Positions 8,846 through 16,835 of a DNA stretch of 58,337 nt are shown piece by piece (the stretch's first letter is position 1; every line of letters begins with the position of its first letter). The position numbers were made by a program, and so were the translations under genes. The stretch spans positions 1-58,337 of the forward strand of contig CALKCU010000037.1 of NCBI GenBank assembly GCA_938083005.1. Reading direction: 5' to 3'. The stretch is from an uncultured Sulfolobales archaeon. Its GTDB lineage: Archaea > Thermoproteota > Thermoprotei_A > Sulfolobales > NBVN01. The notes under the pieces are model-generated. The model saw only the letters and a list, made by a program, of their open reading frames with translations. It did not search any database and was not told the DNA's origin.

Positions 8846-9928
8846 CTAGAGGCAGGAGACGACTAGGTTGTGGAAGACGGGTCTGAAGCCGGCTATCCTG
8901 GTGTTCTCCCTGCTCGGGTGGACCCTGTTGCTCAGGAGGACGGCGACGAGCCTCAGCTCGACGTCTACGCATATCGAGGTACCGGTGAAGCCCGTGTGGC
9001 AGAAGGCCCTCCCGTCCGTGAGAAGGTCTCCGAAGAGTCTGCTGATGCCCTTCCTATAGACCTGCCACCCGAGCCCGTAGGGGTTCTCGCCGTCAGCCCA
9101 CGGTCTGAGCACGGTAGCGGCCGTGGCCCTCTTGAGGAGGCGGTCGCTCCTGCCCAGGTACGCTTGGAGGAGCTCGCTCCCCATCAGTGCGACCTCTGCG
9201 GCTGTCGAGAAGAGCCCCGCGTGACCCGAGACGCCCCCCAGCGCTCTGGCGTTCTCGTCGTGAACCACTCCCCTTAGGGGGAGGCCGGTCTCGGGATCGA
9301 GCTCCGTCGATGCCACCTGGTCCTCGGTGAAGCCGTGCTCTAGGGGGTTGTAGACGGTCCTCCTCAGACCCAGAGGTCTCGCGACGAGCTTCTCGAAGAG
9401 CCTATCGATCCTCTCACCGGAGACCCTCTCCACCAGCGCTGTGAGGACTATGTAGCCGACGTCGCTGTAGACCGCTCTCGATCCAGGCGGACAGCAGATG
9501 AAGGACCTCGCAGCCTCCTCCAGCAGCTCGGCCCTATCCCTCCTGCCGAATCTGTAGAGGGGCAGCGAAGGTGGGAGGCCGGCCGCGTGGGAGAGCAGCA
9601 TCCACACCTCGGTTCTGCTCTTGAGCTCGTCATGCCCGGCTCGGGTCCTCGAGTACTCGGGCAGGATCTCCGAGACCCTCTGCTTCAGGTAGAGGAGCCC
9701 CTCCTCCACCAGCCTGGCGACTATGAGCGACGCGGCGAGGGGCTTCGTCAGGGAGGCGAGGTCGTAGAGGGTCTCCGCGGTCGTGCTCCTCCTGGTGGGA
9801 ACGAGTTCCGCGTAGCCGAGAGCCTCTTCGTATACGGGCTCGCCGTCCTTGTAGACCGCCACGGACGCCCCAGGAAAGACGTCGCCGACGGCGCGGGCGA
9901 GGGCTGCCCTCAGCTTGCCGAAGTCCAC
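8846..9928 (-). CDS. Serine hydrolase, beta-lactamase/class C PBP fold (AmiE/YbbE-like muramyl-peptide amidase candidate)
   Basis: SxxK (ASLTK), LLSHAAG, YSD, GVVHDENA-GGVSGHAGLFS, HTGFTG, LSNRVHP motifs. Confidence 0.85.
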   Translation of the reverse strand: MDFGKLRAALARAVGDVFPGASVAVYKDGEPVYEEALGYAELVPTRRSTTAETLYDLASLTKPLAASLIVARLVEEGLLYLKQRVSEILPEYSRTRAGHDELKSRTEVWMLLSHAAGLPPSLPLYRFGRRDRAELLEEAARSFICCPPGSRAVYSDVGYIVLTALVERVSGERIDRLFEKLVARPLGLRRTVYNPLEHGFTEDQVASTELDPETGLPLRGVVHDENARALGGVSGHAGLFSTAAEVALMGSELLQAYLGRSDRLLKRATAATVLRPWADGENPYGLGWQVYRKGISRLFGDLLTDGRAFCHTGFTGTSICVDVELRLVAVLLSNRVHPSRENTRIAGFRPVFHNLVVSCL

Positions 9929-10221
9929 GGACCCTCCCTCAAGCTCTAGATCGCTCCTCCCTTATGTACTCTAGCACGAACGCGTCCCGGACCTCCAGGA
10001 GTTCTCTCGACGGAGGCGTCGGGACGGGGGTTCCGCGCCGCTCAGTCTAACGACCGCAGACGGATGCCTCCAGCTGTAGCAGAGACCGGAGAGCGTTGAC
10101 CGGCCGTCAGTGCGTGAGCGCTCGCAAGTAATAAGTGCCCCCGGCGACTCCTCTTGGTAGAACCAGTTGGACTTCCCGAAGTCTCCTCACTCGCGCTCGC
10201 GGAGAGAGGTGATGCTGCGGG

Positions 10222-13110
10222 GTGAGCCTCGAGGTGGAGCAAGCTGAGGAGTCCACGCTCGCCGCTAGGATCGCGAGTTCCCTTGGCGAGCTGCTCGGCG
10301 CTCGCTGCCAGATCGCTGGAGATTCGAGCATCAGGTGCTACCGCGGCGGGATCAGGATAGCCGCGGCGCTCTCGAGCGCCGCGGACGACGTGGAGGAGAG
10401 AATGGCTGAGATGCTCGAGAAGGGTCTAGCTGACCTGGCTCTGCTAGTGAGGCCTCTCGGAGGACCGTCGGGGGAGCTCAGGTTTAGCGCTAGGCTGAGG
10501 ACTTCCGGGGGACCCGGGGAAATCCTCGAGGGAGTAGAGCTGGAGACCCTCGCGAGCGCGATCGAGAGAGCTATCGAGGACCTCGTCTCGGGATCCGAGG
10601 TCGGGGGAGAGCTTGAGAGAGTGAGGAGAGCCGTGGAGCGGTTCGTCGAGGTGGCTACCCGCGGTGGGGTCCCGGGGATCCCCCGCTCCCGGCTAGTCGG
10701 AGCGCTCGGAGGTCCCTACGGCTCCGGCGCCTCCGAGAGTGAGGTGGTCCTGGTCCAAGAGGCCCTGGCGCTGTTCCTCTCAGCAGTCCTCTACGAGCGC
10801 TCGAGAAAGTCCCTCGGCCTCCCACCGCTGGACAGCTACTTGGAGTCCCTCGGGGCCCTTCGAGGGCTCGAGAGGGCCCTGTCGAACCTCCTGGAGACCC
10901 GCCGAGAGCCCCTAGTCGAGCTCGCGCTGGAAGCTCTGAGGAGCCTCCCCCCGGAGCTCGAGGGGCCCGTCCGGAGCCTAGCCGGGGTAGCCCTCGACGT
11001 AGCGGGGAGACCCCACCTACTGCTCAGGGACGTCGCCGGCAGGATATACCACAGAGTCGCCGGGGACGTAGCCCTGAAGAAGGGGCTCGCCACGTTCTAC
11101 ACGGAGGTCCCGGCCGCCTACCTGCTCGCGGACCTGGCTCTGAGGAGAGCGCTGAACACCGGCGCAGGAGCGGGAGCCTCCCGGGAGACGGCTGGGGGGC
11201 TCGCGAGGAGAGTCGCGGAGCTGAAGATAGCGGACTTCGCGTGCGGTAGCGGGACCCTGCTCGCGGCGACGCTTTACTGCGCCTCCAGGATAGCCAAAGC
11301 GGCCTGCTTCCTGAGCGGCGTCGAATGCCCGGGCGTCGAGAAGACCCTCGTCGAGAGGGGGCTCTACGGCTTGGAGGCGATGGAGTACGCCGCGGCCGTT
11401 GCTAGAGCGGGCCTCGCGATCATGTCCCCGGAGGTAGCAGCCGGGGTCGGCGTGTACGCGGTCCGCCTGGGCTCGGGTCCCGGGGGGAGAGCGAGCCTAG
11501 GGTCCCTGGAGCTCCTGGAGGTCGAGACCCTCGGCAGCTCGGTCTGGGTCGAGACCGTCGGCGGTAAGGTGGAGATCCCCGGCTCCTACGACGTGGTCAT
11601 CATGAACCCGCCGTTCACCAGACCAACCGGCAGGACCCGGGAGAGGTTCGGGGAGGCGGGGAGGGGATTCTTCGGCTTCGTGGCCGACCCGCGGATCAGA
11701 GAGACCCTCGTAGCTAAGTACCGAAGGATACGCGAGAGGGTTAGGAGGGACATGCTCGAGGTCGCTAGGAGGCTCTTCTCCTCAGAGCCTACGCTCTCCA
11801 GGGCCCTCGCGCGGCTGAGCAGCTACGAGACGGCGAGGTCTCGCGGGCTCGGCCAGTACTTCAGCGTGGGGCAGGCCGGCGAGGGGCTCCTCTTCCTCTA
11901 CCTCGCCTACAGGTACGTGAAGCCCGGCGGAGTAGTGGCCTTCGTGCTCCCGAGAAACCTCCTGTCCGGGGTCTCCTGGTTCCTGGCGAGGGCTCTGCTG
12001 GCCGAGGGCTTCCACCTCAGGTACGTGATCGTGAGCAGCGACAGCGAGAGCGGGTACAACTTCTCGGAGAACACGAGCCTCAGTGAGTGCTTGGTGGTCG
12101 CGGAGAGGGTCTCGGAGCACGACCCGAGCGAGGAGACTCTCTTCGTCGACCTCCTCAAAAAGCCCGGGAGCGTCCTCGGCTCTCTGCTCCTCTCCGAGGC
12201 CCTGGCGGCCGGCGCCGTAGAGCTCCCGCGCAGCGCGAAGTGTCTCGTCCGGAGGGTCCGGAGGGTAGAGCTACTCGAGAACCTCGACAACCTGAACAGG
12301 TTCGTGGCCCTCCCGGAGCCCGGAGTGGTCGACGCGGGTCTCAGGCTCCTCAGGCTGGGCGACCTGGGAGTCGCTGGGCTCAGAGTCCCGCTGGCCAGGC
12401 TCGGGGACCTCATCGCTTCGATAGGGATAGACTCGCCCCAGTTCCACGAGCACTTCAGGCCCACCCGCGCCAGGACCCCGTACCCGATACTGTTCGGAGG
12501 AGGGGAGCCGGCGAGGTCCGGGATCCTGGTGAGGCCCAACGCCTACGCCGAGCCCAAGACCCAGAGAGCCGCCGAGATCTACCGGAGGTTCTCCGGGAGG
12601 GTCGTGGTCCCGGATAGAATATGGATGGACACGGCGCACGTGATCTCGGCGTACTCCGAGACCCCGGTGGTCTCCAACGTCTTCTACATCGCTAGGCTCA
12701 GGGAGCCCTCGGAGCGCTTGGAGAAGGCCCTCGTCTACTGGCTGAACACCACGTGGGGAGTGCTGGCGGTCCTCATGAACAGGGAGGAAACCAGGGGCAG
12801 GTGGGTTAGGCTGAAGAAGGCTCAGTGGAGGCTCCTACCGGTGCCGGACTTCGGGAGGTTAGGACGGGACGCCGTGGCTAGGCTGGCCGAGCTCTTCGAC
12901 GAGATCTCCAGGTTCGAGCCCCGGAGGATACCGGACCAGTACTCCGAGGACCCGCGGGACGCCGACCCCCTGAGGCTCGAGATAGACCTCGGGCTCCTCA
13001 GAGCGCTGAACACAAGCGTGGACGCCGGGGAGGCTGAGGGGCAGCTGCGGACGCTGTACAAGGGGATGGCGGTGGCCCTGAGGCGCTGGATCGGTCGCTC
13101 TACGCCCTGA
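10222..13110 (+). CDS. Large N6-adenine DNA methyltransferase, Type IIG-like restriction-modification fusion
   Basis: TFYT, motif I DFACGSG before motif IV NPPF (gamma class), C-terminal TRD-like region; 962 aa. Confidence 0.8.
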   Translation: MSLEVEQAEESTLAARIASSLGELLGARCQIAGDSSIRCYRGGIRIAAALSSAADDVEERMAEMLEKGLADLALLVRPLGGPSGELRFSARLRTSGGPGEILEGVELETLASAIERAIEDLVSGSEVGGELERVRRAVERFVEVATRGGVPGIPRSRLVGALGGPYGSGASESEVVLVQEALALFLSAVLYERSRKSLGLPPLDSYLESLGALRGLERALSNLLETRREPLVELALEALRSLPPELEGPVRSLAGVALDVAGRPHLLLRDVAGRIYHRVAGDVALKKGLATFYTEVPAAYLLADLALRRALNTGAGAGASRETAGGLARRVAELKIADFACGSGTLLAATLYCASRIAKAACFLSGVECPGVEKTLVERGLYGLEAMEYAAAVARAGLAIMSPEVAAGVGVYAVRLGSGPGGRASLGSLELLEVETLGSSVWVETVGGKVEIPGSYDVVIMNPPFTRPTGRTRERFGEAGRGFFGFVADPRIRETLVAKYRRIRERVRRDMLEVARRLFSSEPTLSRALARLSSYETARSRGLGQYFSVGQAGEGLLFLYLAYRYVKPGGVVAFVLPRNLLSGVSWFLARALLAEGFHLRYVIVSSDSESGYNFSENTSLSECLVVAERVSEHDPSEETLFVDLLKKPGSVLGSLLLSEALAAGAVELPRSAKCLVRRVRRVELLENLDNLNRFVALPEPGVVDAGLRLLRLGDLGVAGLRVPLARLGDLIASIGIDSPQFHEHFRPTRARTPYPILFGGGEPARSGILVRPNAYAEPKTQRAAEIYRRFSGRVVVPDRIWMDTAHVISAYSETPVVSNVFYIARLREPSERLEKALVYWLNTTWGVLAVLMNREETRGRWVRLKKAQWRLLPVPDFGRLGRDAVARLAELFDEISRFEPRRIPDQYSEDPRDADPLRLEIDLGLLRALNTSVDAGEAEGQLRTLYKGMAVALRRWIGRSTP

Positions 13111-13762
13111 ACCCGTACCTCCCGACCAGGGGTACGAAGACGCAGGGGAGGACCTCCTCGACCTTGAACCTCCCCCTCTCCTTTACGATCACCTTCAGTA
13201 TCTGGATCCACCTGCTCCCAACCGGGATGACAAGCCTCCCCCCCTCCCTGAGCTGCTCGAGGAGGGGCTCCGGCACGTCCGGCGCAGCCGCGGTGACCAT
13301 TATCCCGTCGAACGGTGCGGCGGGCGGGAACCCCTCGCTCCCGTCTCCCACGACGATCGTCACGCGGTCCAGGTAGCCGGTCCTCGAGAGGTTGGAGAGA
13401 GCGAACTCCGCGAGCCCCGGGATCCTCTCCACGGTCCAGACGTGGCCTCTCGGTCCCACCATCTCGGCTAGGACTGCCGCCTGGTAGCCGCTCCCGGTCC
13501 CCACCTCCAGGACCCTGTGGCCCGGCGCCGGTGACAGCCTCTCGGTCATGATCGCGACCATGTGGGGAGCGCTTATCGTCTGCCCGTAGCCTATCGGCAG
13601 GGGGCTGTCGTAGTAGCTGAGCCTCCTGTACTCGGGCGGCACGAACTCCTCCCTGGGGACCCTCAGCATCGCGTCGATGACGCGCTCGTCGCTTAGATAG
13701 CCCTCGGCTACCAGGGACCTCACTACCCTCCTCCTCTCCTCCTCGAAAATACCCGCACCCAG
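13100..13762 (-). CDS. pcm: Protein-L-isoaspartate O-methyltransferase
   Basis: GQTISAPHMVA, VLEVGTGSGYQAA, APFD, GGRLVIPVG, FVPLVG motifs; first canonical start is GTG 13723, probable true start CTG 13762. Confidence 0.92.
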   Translation of the reverse strand: MGAGIFEEERRRVVRSLVAEGYLSDERVIDAMLRVPREEFVPPEYRRLSYYDSPLPIGYGQTISAPHMVAIMTERLSPAPGHRVLEVGTGSGYQAAVLAEMVGPRGHVWTVERIPGLAEFALSNLSRTGYLDRVTIVVGDGSEGFPPAAPFDGIMVTAAAPDVPEPLLEQLREGGRLVIPVGSRWIQILKVIVKERGRFKVEEVLPCVFVPLVGRYGFRA

Positions 13763-13781
13763 ATTTACTCGGGTTTGCGGA

Positions 13782-14294
13782 GTGATAAGCCACTCCCCGC
13801 AGCTGAAAGCTGTGGAGCCCGCGGAGTACTGCGTAGACGTCGTAACCTTCGAGGGTCACGAGAACGTGAGGGCTACCCACTCGACCACTCTAGAGGTGAC
13901 GAAGGACGGCTACCTGACCCCGAGGGGGGACTGCATCATAGGGATCTCGAGCAGCAAGGGAGCGTCCGACCTCAGCCAGTGCGTCAAGGACATCCTGAGG
14001 AGTGGCGGGCTCCTGATAGCCGTGGTTCTGACGAGCGGAGGCTCGTTCGACTACCTCGTGGCCGAGGGGTCCGAGGGTCTTACGTTCGAGGACCCGAGGA
14101 GGATGATAATAAGGAGGTCCAGCTACGTGGACGGCTCGACCGTGGGGATCAGGTCAAGCAAGGCGGCAAGGGATGTAAGCAGGGGGGTGGTCGAGGAGCT
14201 GAGGAGGGGAGAAAAGGGGGTCCTAGTGCTCGTGGCCCTCAGAAGACCTCCGGGGCCCTCCACACTCCCCAAACCTCCCTCAGGACGCCGCTGA
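13782..14294 (+). CDS. DUF371 family protein
   Basis: GHENVRATHSTTLEVTKD-LTPRGDCIIG and IIRRSSYVD motifs. Confidence 0.85.
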   Translation: MISHSPQLKAVEPAEYCVDVVTFEGHENVRATHSTTLEVTKDGYLTPRGDCIIGISSSKGASDLSQCVKDILRSGGLLIAVVLTSGGSFDYLVAEGSEGLTFEDPRRMIIRRSSYVDGSTVGIRSSKAARDVSRGVVEELRRGEKGVLVLVALRRPPGPSTLPKPPSGRR

Positions 14295-15915
14295 TCTCGC
14301 CGAGCGTGGCCCTCGCTCTCACGGCCTCGTATATGGGCTCGAATATGTTGACCTCCTCCACCTCCGCAGCCCTCCTCAGGTTGTCGAGAGCCGTCCCCAC
14401 CTTCACCTGGTCCCTGCTCTCCCTAAGCTGCCTCAGCCTGCCGACGACCCTCTCCCTGGCCGCGGGGTCCACCTTCAGGACCTTTATCCTCGGCACCTCG
14501 GGCTCGGCGAAGACGTTGACCCCGATTATCGGCACCTCGCCCTTCTCGACCTTGAGCTGCCACTCGTAGGCTGCCCTGGCTATCTCGCGCTGCGGGTAGC
14601 CGAGCTTTATCGCTCTCAGCATCCCGCCCATCCTCTCGATCTCGTCGAGGTACTTCCAGGCCCTCTCCTCTATCTGGTCGGTCAGCCACTCCACGTAGTA
14701 GGAGCCGCCGAGGGGGTCCACGGTGTCGACGACGCCGGACTCGTAGAGCAGGACCTGCTGGACTCTGATGGAGAGCTTGACGGACTCCTCGGTCGGCAGG
14801 GACAGCGCCTCGTCGTAGGAGTTCACGTGCAGGGACTGCGTCCCCCCTAGAACGGCGGCTAGGGCTTGGAGCGTGGTCCTTATTATGTTGACCATCGGCT
14901 GCTGGGCTGTCAGCAGGACCCCAGCGGTCTGAGTGTGGAACCTGAGGATCATGGACCTCGGGTCCTTCGCTCCGAACCAGTCCCTCATTATCTTGGCCCA
15001 CATCCTCCTGGCCGCTCTGAACTTCGCTACCTGCTCGAAGAGGTTGGTCCTCGAGGCGAAGAAGAAGGTCAGCTTCGGTGCGAACGCGTCTACGTCGAGC
15101 CTCCCCCTCTCCTTGGTCCACCTAACGTACTCGACCGCGTCGGCGAACGTGAACGCTATCTCCATGGCCGGGGTCGCGCCGGCCTCCTCCATGTGGTAGC
15201 CGCTGATGCTTATAGCGTTCCACTTGGGCATCTCCTTGGCGGCGTAGAGTATCAGGTCTACGGAGTACCTCATCGAGGGCTCGGGCGGGTATATGTAGTT
15301 GTTCCTGGCTATGTACTCCTTCAGTATGTCGTTCTGGGTTGTCCCGTCGAGGACGGCCCTCGGAACGCCCCTACTCTCGGCTACGAGGACGTACATCGAC
15401 AGCACTTCTATCGCCGTCGCGTTTATGGTCATCGAGGTCGTTATCTTGTCCATCGGTATGTCTCTGAAGACTATGTCCATCTCGGTCACGGCGGGCATCG
15501 AGACCCCCACCTTCCCGACCTCGTACCAGGCCAGCGAGTGGTCCGGGTCGTAGCCGAGCTGGGTCGGCAGGTCGAACGCCATGCTGAGGCCCGTCTGCCC
15601 TATGCTTAGGAGGTACCTGTACCTCTCGTTCGTGTCCTCGGCGGAGCCGTAGCCCGCGTACTGCCTGATGGTCCAGGGCCTCCCCCTGTACATCGTCGCG
15701 TATATGCCTCTCGTGAACGGGTAGGTCCCCGGGAGGCCCAGCTTCTCGAGGTAGTCCCACCCCTCCAGGTCCAGCGGTGTGTAGAGCCTCTTTACCTCGA
15801 TCCCCTCCTCCGTCGTGAACAAGCTCTTCCTCTCGGGGAACCTCTTGAGGAGGGGAGCGACAACCTCCCTCTCCCACTCCTCGAGCCTCCGCTTCAGCCT
15901 CTCCGACTCGCTCAC
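14239..15915 (-). CDS. Methylmalonyl-CoA mutase, large (substrate-binding) subunit
   Basis: PFTRG, WTIRQYAG, GLSMAFDLPT, QNDILKEY, ISGYH, GGTQSLH, DPLGGSY motifs. Confidence 0.95.
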   Translation of the reverse strand: MSESERLKRRLEEWEREVVAPLLKRFPERKSLFTTEEGIEVKRLYTPLDLEGWDYLEKLGLPGTYPFTRGIYATMYRGRPWTIRQYAGYGSAEDTNERYRYLLSIGQTGLSMAFDLPTQLGYDPDHSLAWYEVGKVGVSMPAVTEMDIVFRDIPMDKITTSMTINATAIEVLSMYVLVAESRGVPRAVLDGTTQNDILKEYIARNNYIYPPEPSMRYSVDLILYAAKEMPKWNAISISGYHMEEAGATPAMEIAFTFADAVEYVRWTKERGRLDVDAFAPKLTFFFASRTNLFEQVAKFRAARRMWAKIMRDWFGAKDPRSMILRFHTQTAGVLLTAQQPMVNIIRTTLQALAAVLGGTQSLHVNSYDEALSLPTEESVKLSIRVQQVLLYESGVVDTVDPLGGSYYVEWLTDQIEERAWKYLDEIERMGGMLRAIKLGYPQREIARAAYEWQLKVEKGEVPIIGVNVFAEPEVPRIKVLKVDPAARERVVGRLRQLRESRDQVKVGTALDNLRRAAEVEEVNIFEPIYEAVRARATLGEISGVLREVWGVWRAPEVF

Positions 15916-15918
15916 GGC

Positions 15919-16323
15919 TCACTCCCTCCTGGTCATTATCTCGAGGAGGACCCCGAACGCGCTCTTGGGGTGTACGAAGTTTATCCTCCTCTCACCGTGG
16001 GACACGTCCCTGGGCTTGTCGTAGACGAGCGCCACGCCCCTGGACTTCAGCTCCTCGGTCTTCGCGTCGACGTCGTCCACGTGTATGGCTATGTGGTGTA
16101 CCCCCTCTCCTCTCTTCTCGATGAACTTGCTGACCGCCGACTCCGGGTCGGTCCCCTGCAGGAGCTCTACGTAAGCGTTGCCGACCCTGAACATCGCTAT
16201 CCTCACTCTCTCCTCCGGCACCTCCTCGATCTTGACGAGCTCCAGCCCCAGGACGTCCCTGTAGAACCTGACCGCCTCGTCGAGGTTCCTCACGGCTATG
16301 CCTATGTGGTCTACCCTCATCAA
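15919..16323 (-). CDS. mce: Methylmalonyl-CoA epimerase (VOC family)
   Basis: DHIGIAV, ELLQ, GEGVHHIA, FVHPK-GVLLE motifs; lies between the mutase subunits. Confidence 0.92.
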   Translation of the reverse strand: MMRVDHIGIAVRNLDEAVRFYRDVLGLELVKIEEVPEERVRIAMFRVGNAYVELLQGTDPESAVSKFIEKRGEGVHHIAIHVDDVDAKTEELKSRGVALVYDKPRDVSHGERRINFVHPKSAFGVLLEIMTRRE

Positions 16324-16727
16324 GTCTCACCCAGGGCCTTCTTGAATACCTCTACCACCTTCGCCAGCGGCGTGCCCGGGAGTAGGACCTCGAAGACTCC
16401 CATGTCCTTCAGCCTCTGGACGTCCTCGGGCGGTATCACTCCTCCCACTATCACCGGCACGCTGAGCCCCCTCTCTCTAGCTAGCCTGACCAGGTCGGAG
16501 ACTAGCTCCTCGTGGCTGCCGGAGAGTATTGAGACCCCCACGGCCTCGACGTCCTCCTCGAGAGCAGCCCTCACGAGGTCCTCGGGGGACTGGTGAACCC
16601 CGAGGTAGACCACCCTGAAGCCGGCGTCCCTCAAGGCCATAGTGATGACCTTGGCCCCCCTGTCGTGACCGTCGAGCCCGAGCTTGGCTATCAGCACTTT
16701 TCGCCTAGCGGGCTCCATCTGGCTCAT
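16320..16727 (-). CDS. Methylmalonyl-CoA mutase, cobalamin-binding subunit
   Basis: GLDGHDRGAK (DxHxxG), VGVSILSGSH, GGVIP motifs. Confidence 0.95.
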   Translation of the reverse strand: MSQMEPARRKVLIAKLGLDGHDRGAKVITMALRDAGFRVVYLGVHQSPEDLVRAALEEDVEAVGVSILSGSHEELVSDLVRLARERGLSVPVIVGGVIPPEDVQRLKDMGVFEVLLPGTPLAKVVEVFKKALGET

Positions 16728-16835
16728 CGTCTTTACCGAGGAGTAATACCGTGTGAACTTATAAAGAGCTCCTCGAGCCTCTTCCCCTGCTCTTTGAAGA
16801 GGAACGCGGTGGAGGGGTCACGAGCTCCCGGAGTC

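Noticed and set aside
8846-9928. Serine hydrolase as an antibiotic-resistance beta-lactamase
   Set aside because: The fold is shared by many amidases and esterases, there is no signal peptide, and the gene context points to muropeptide metabolism.
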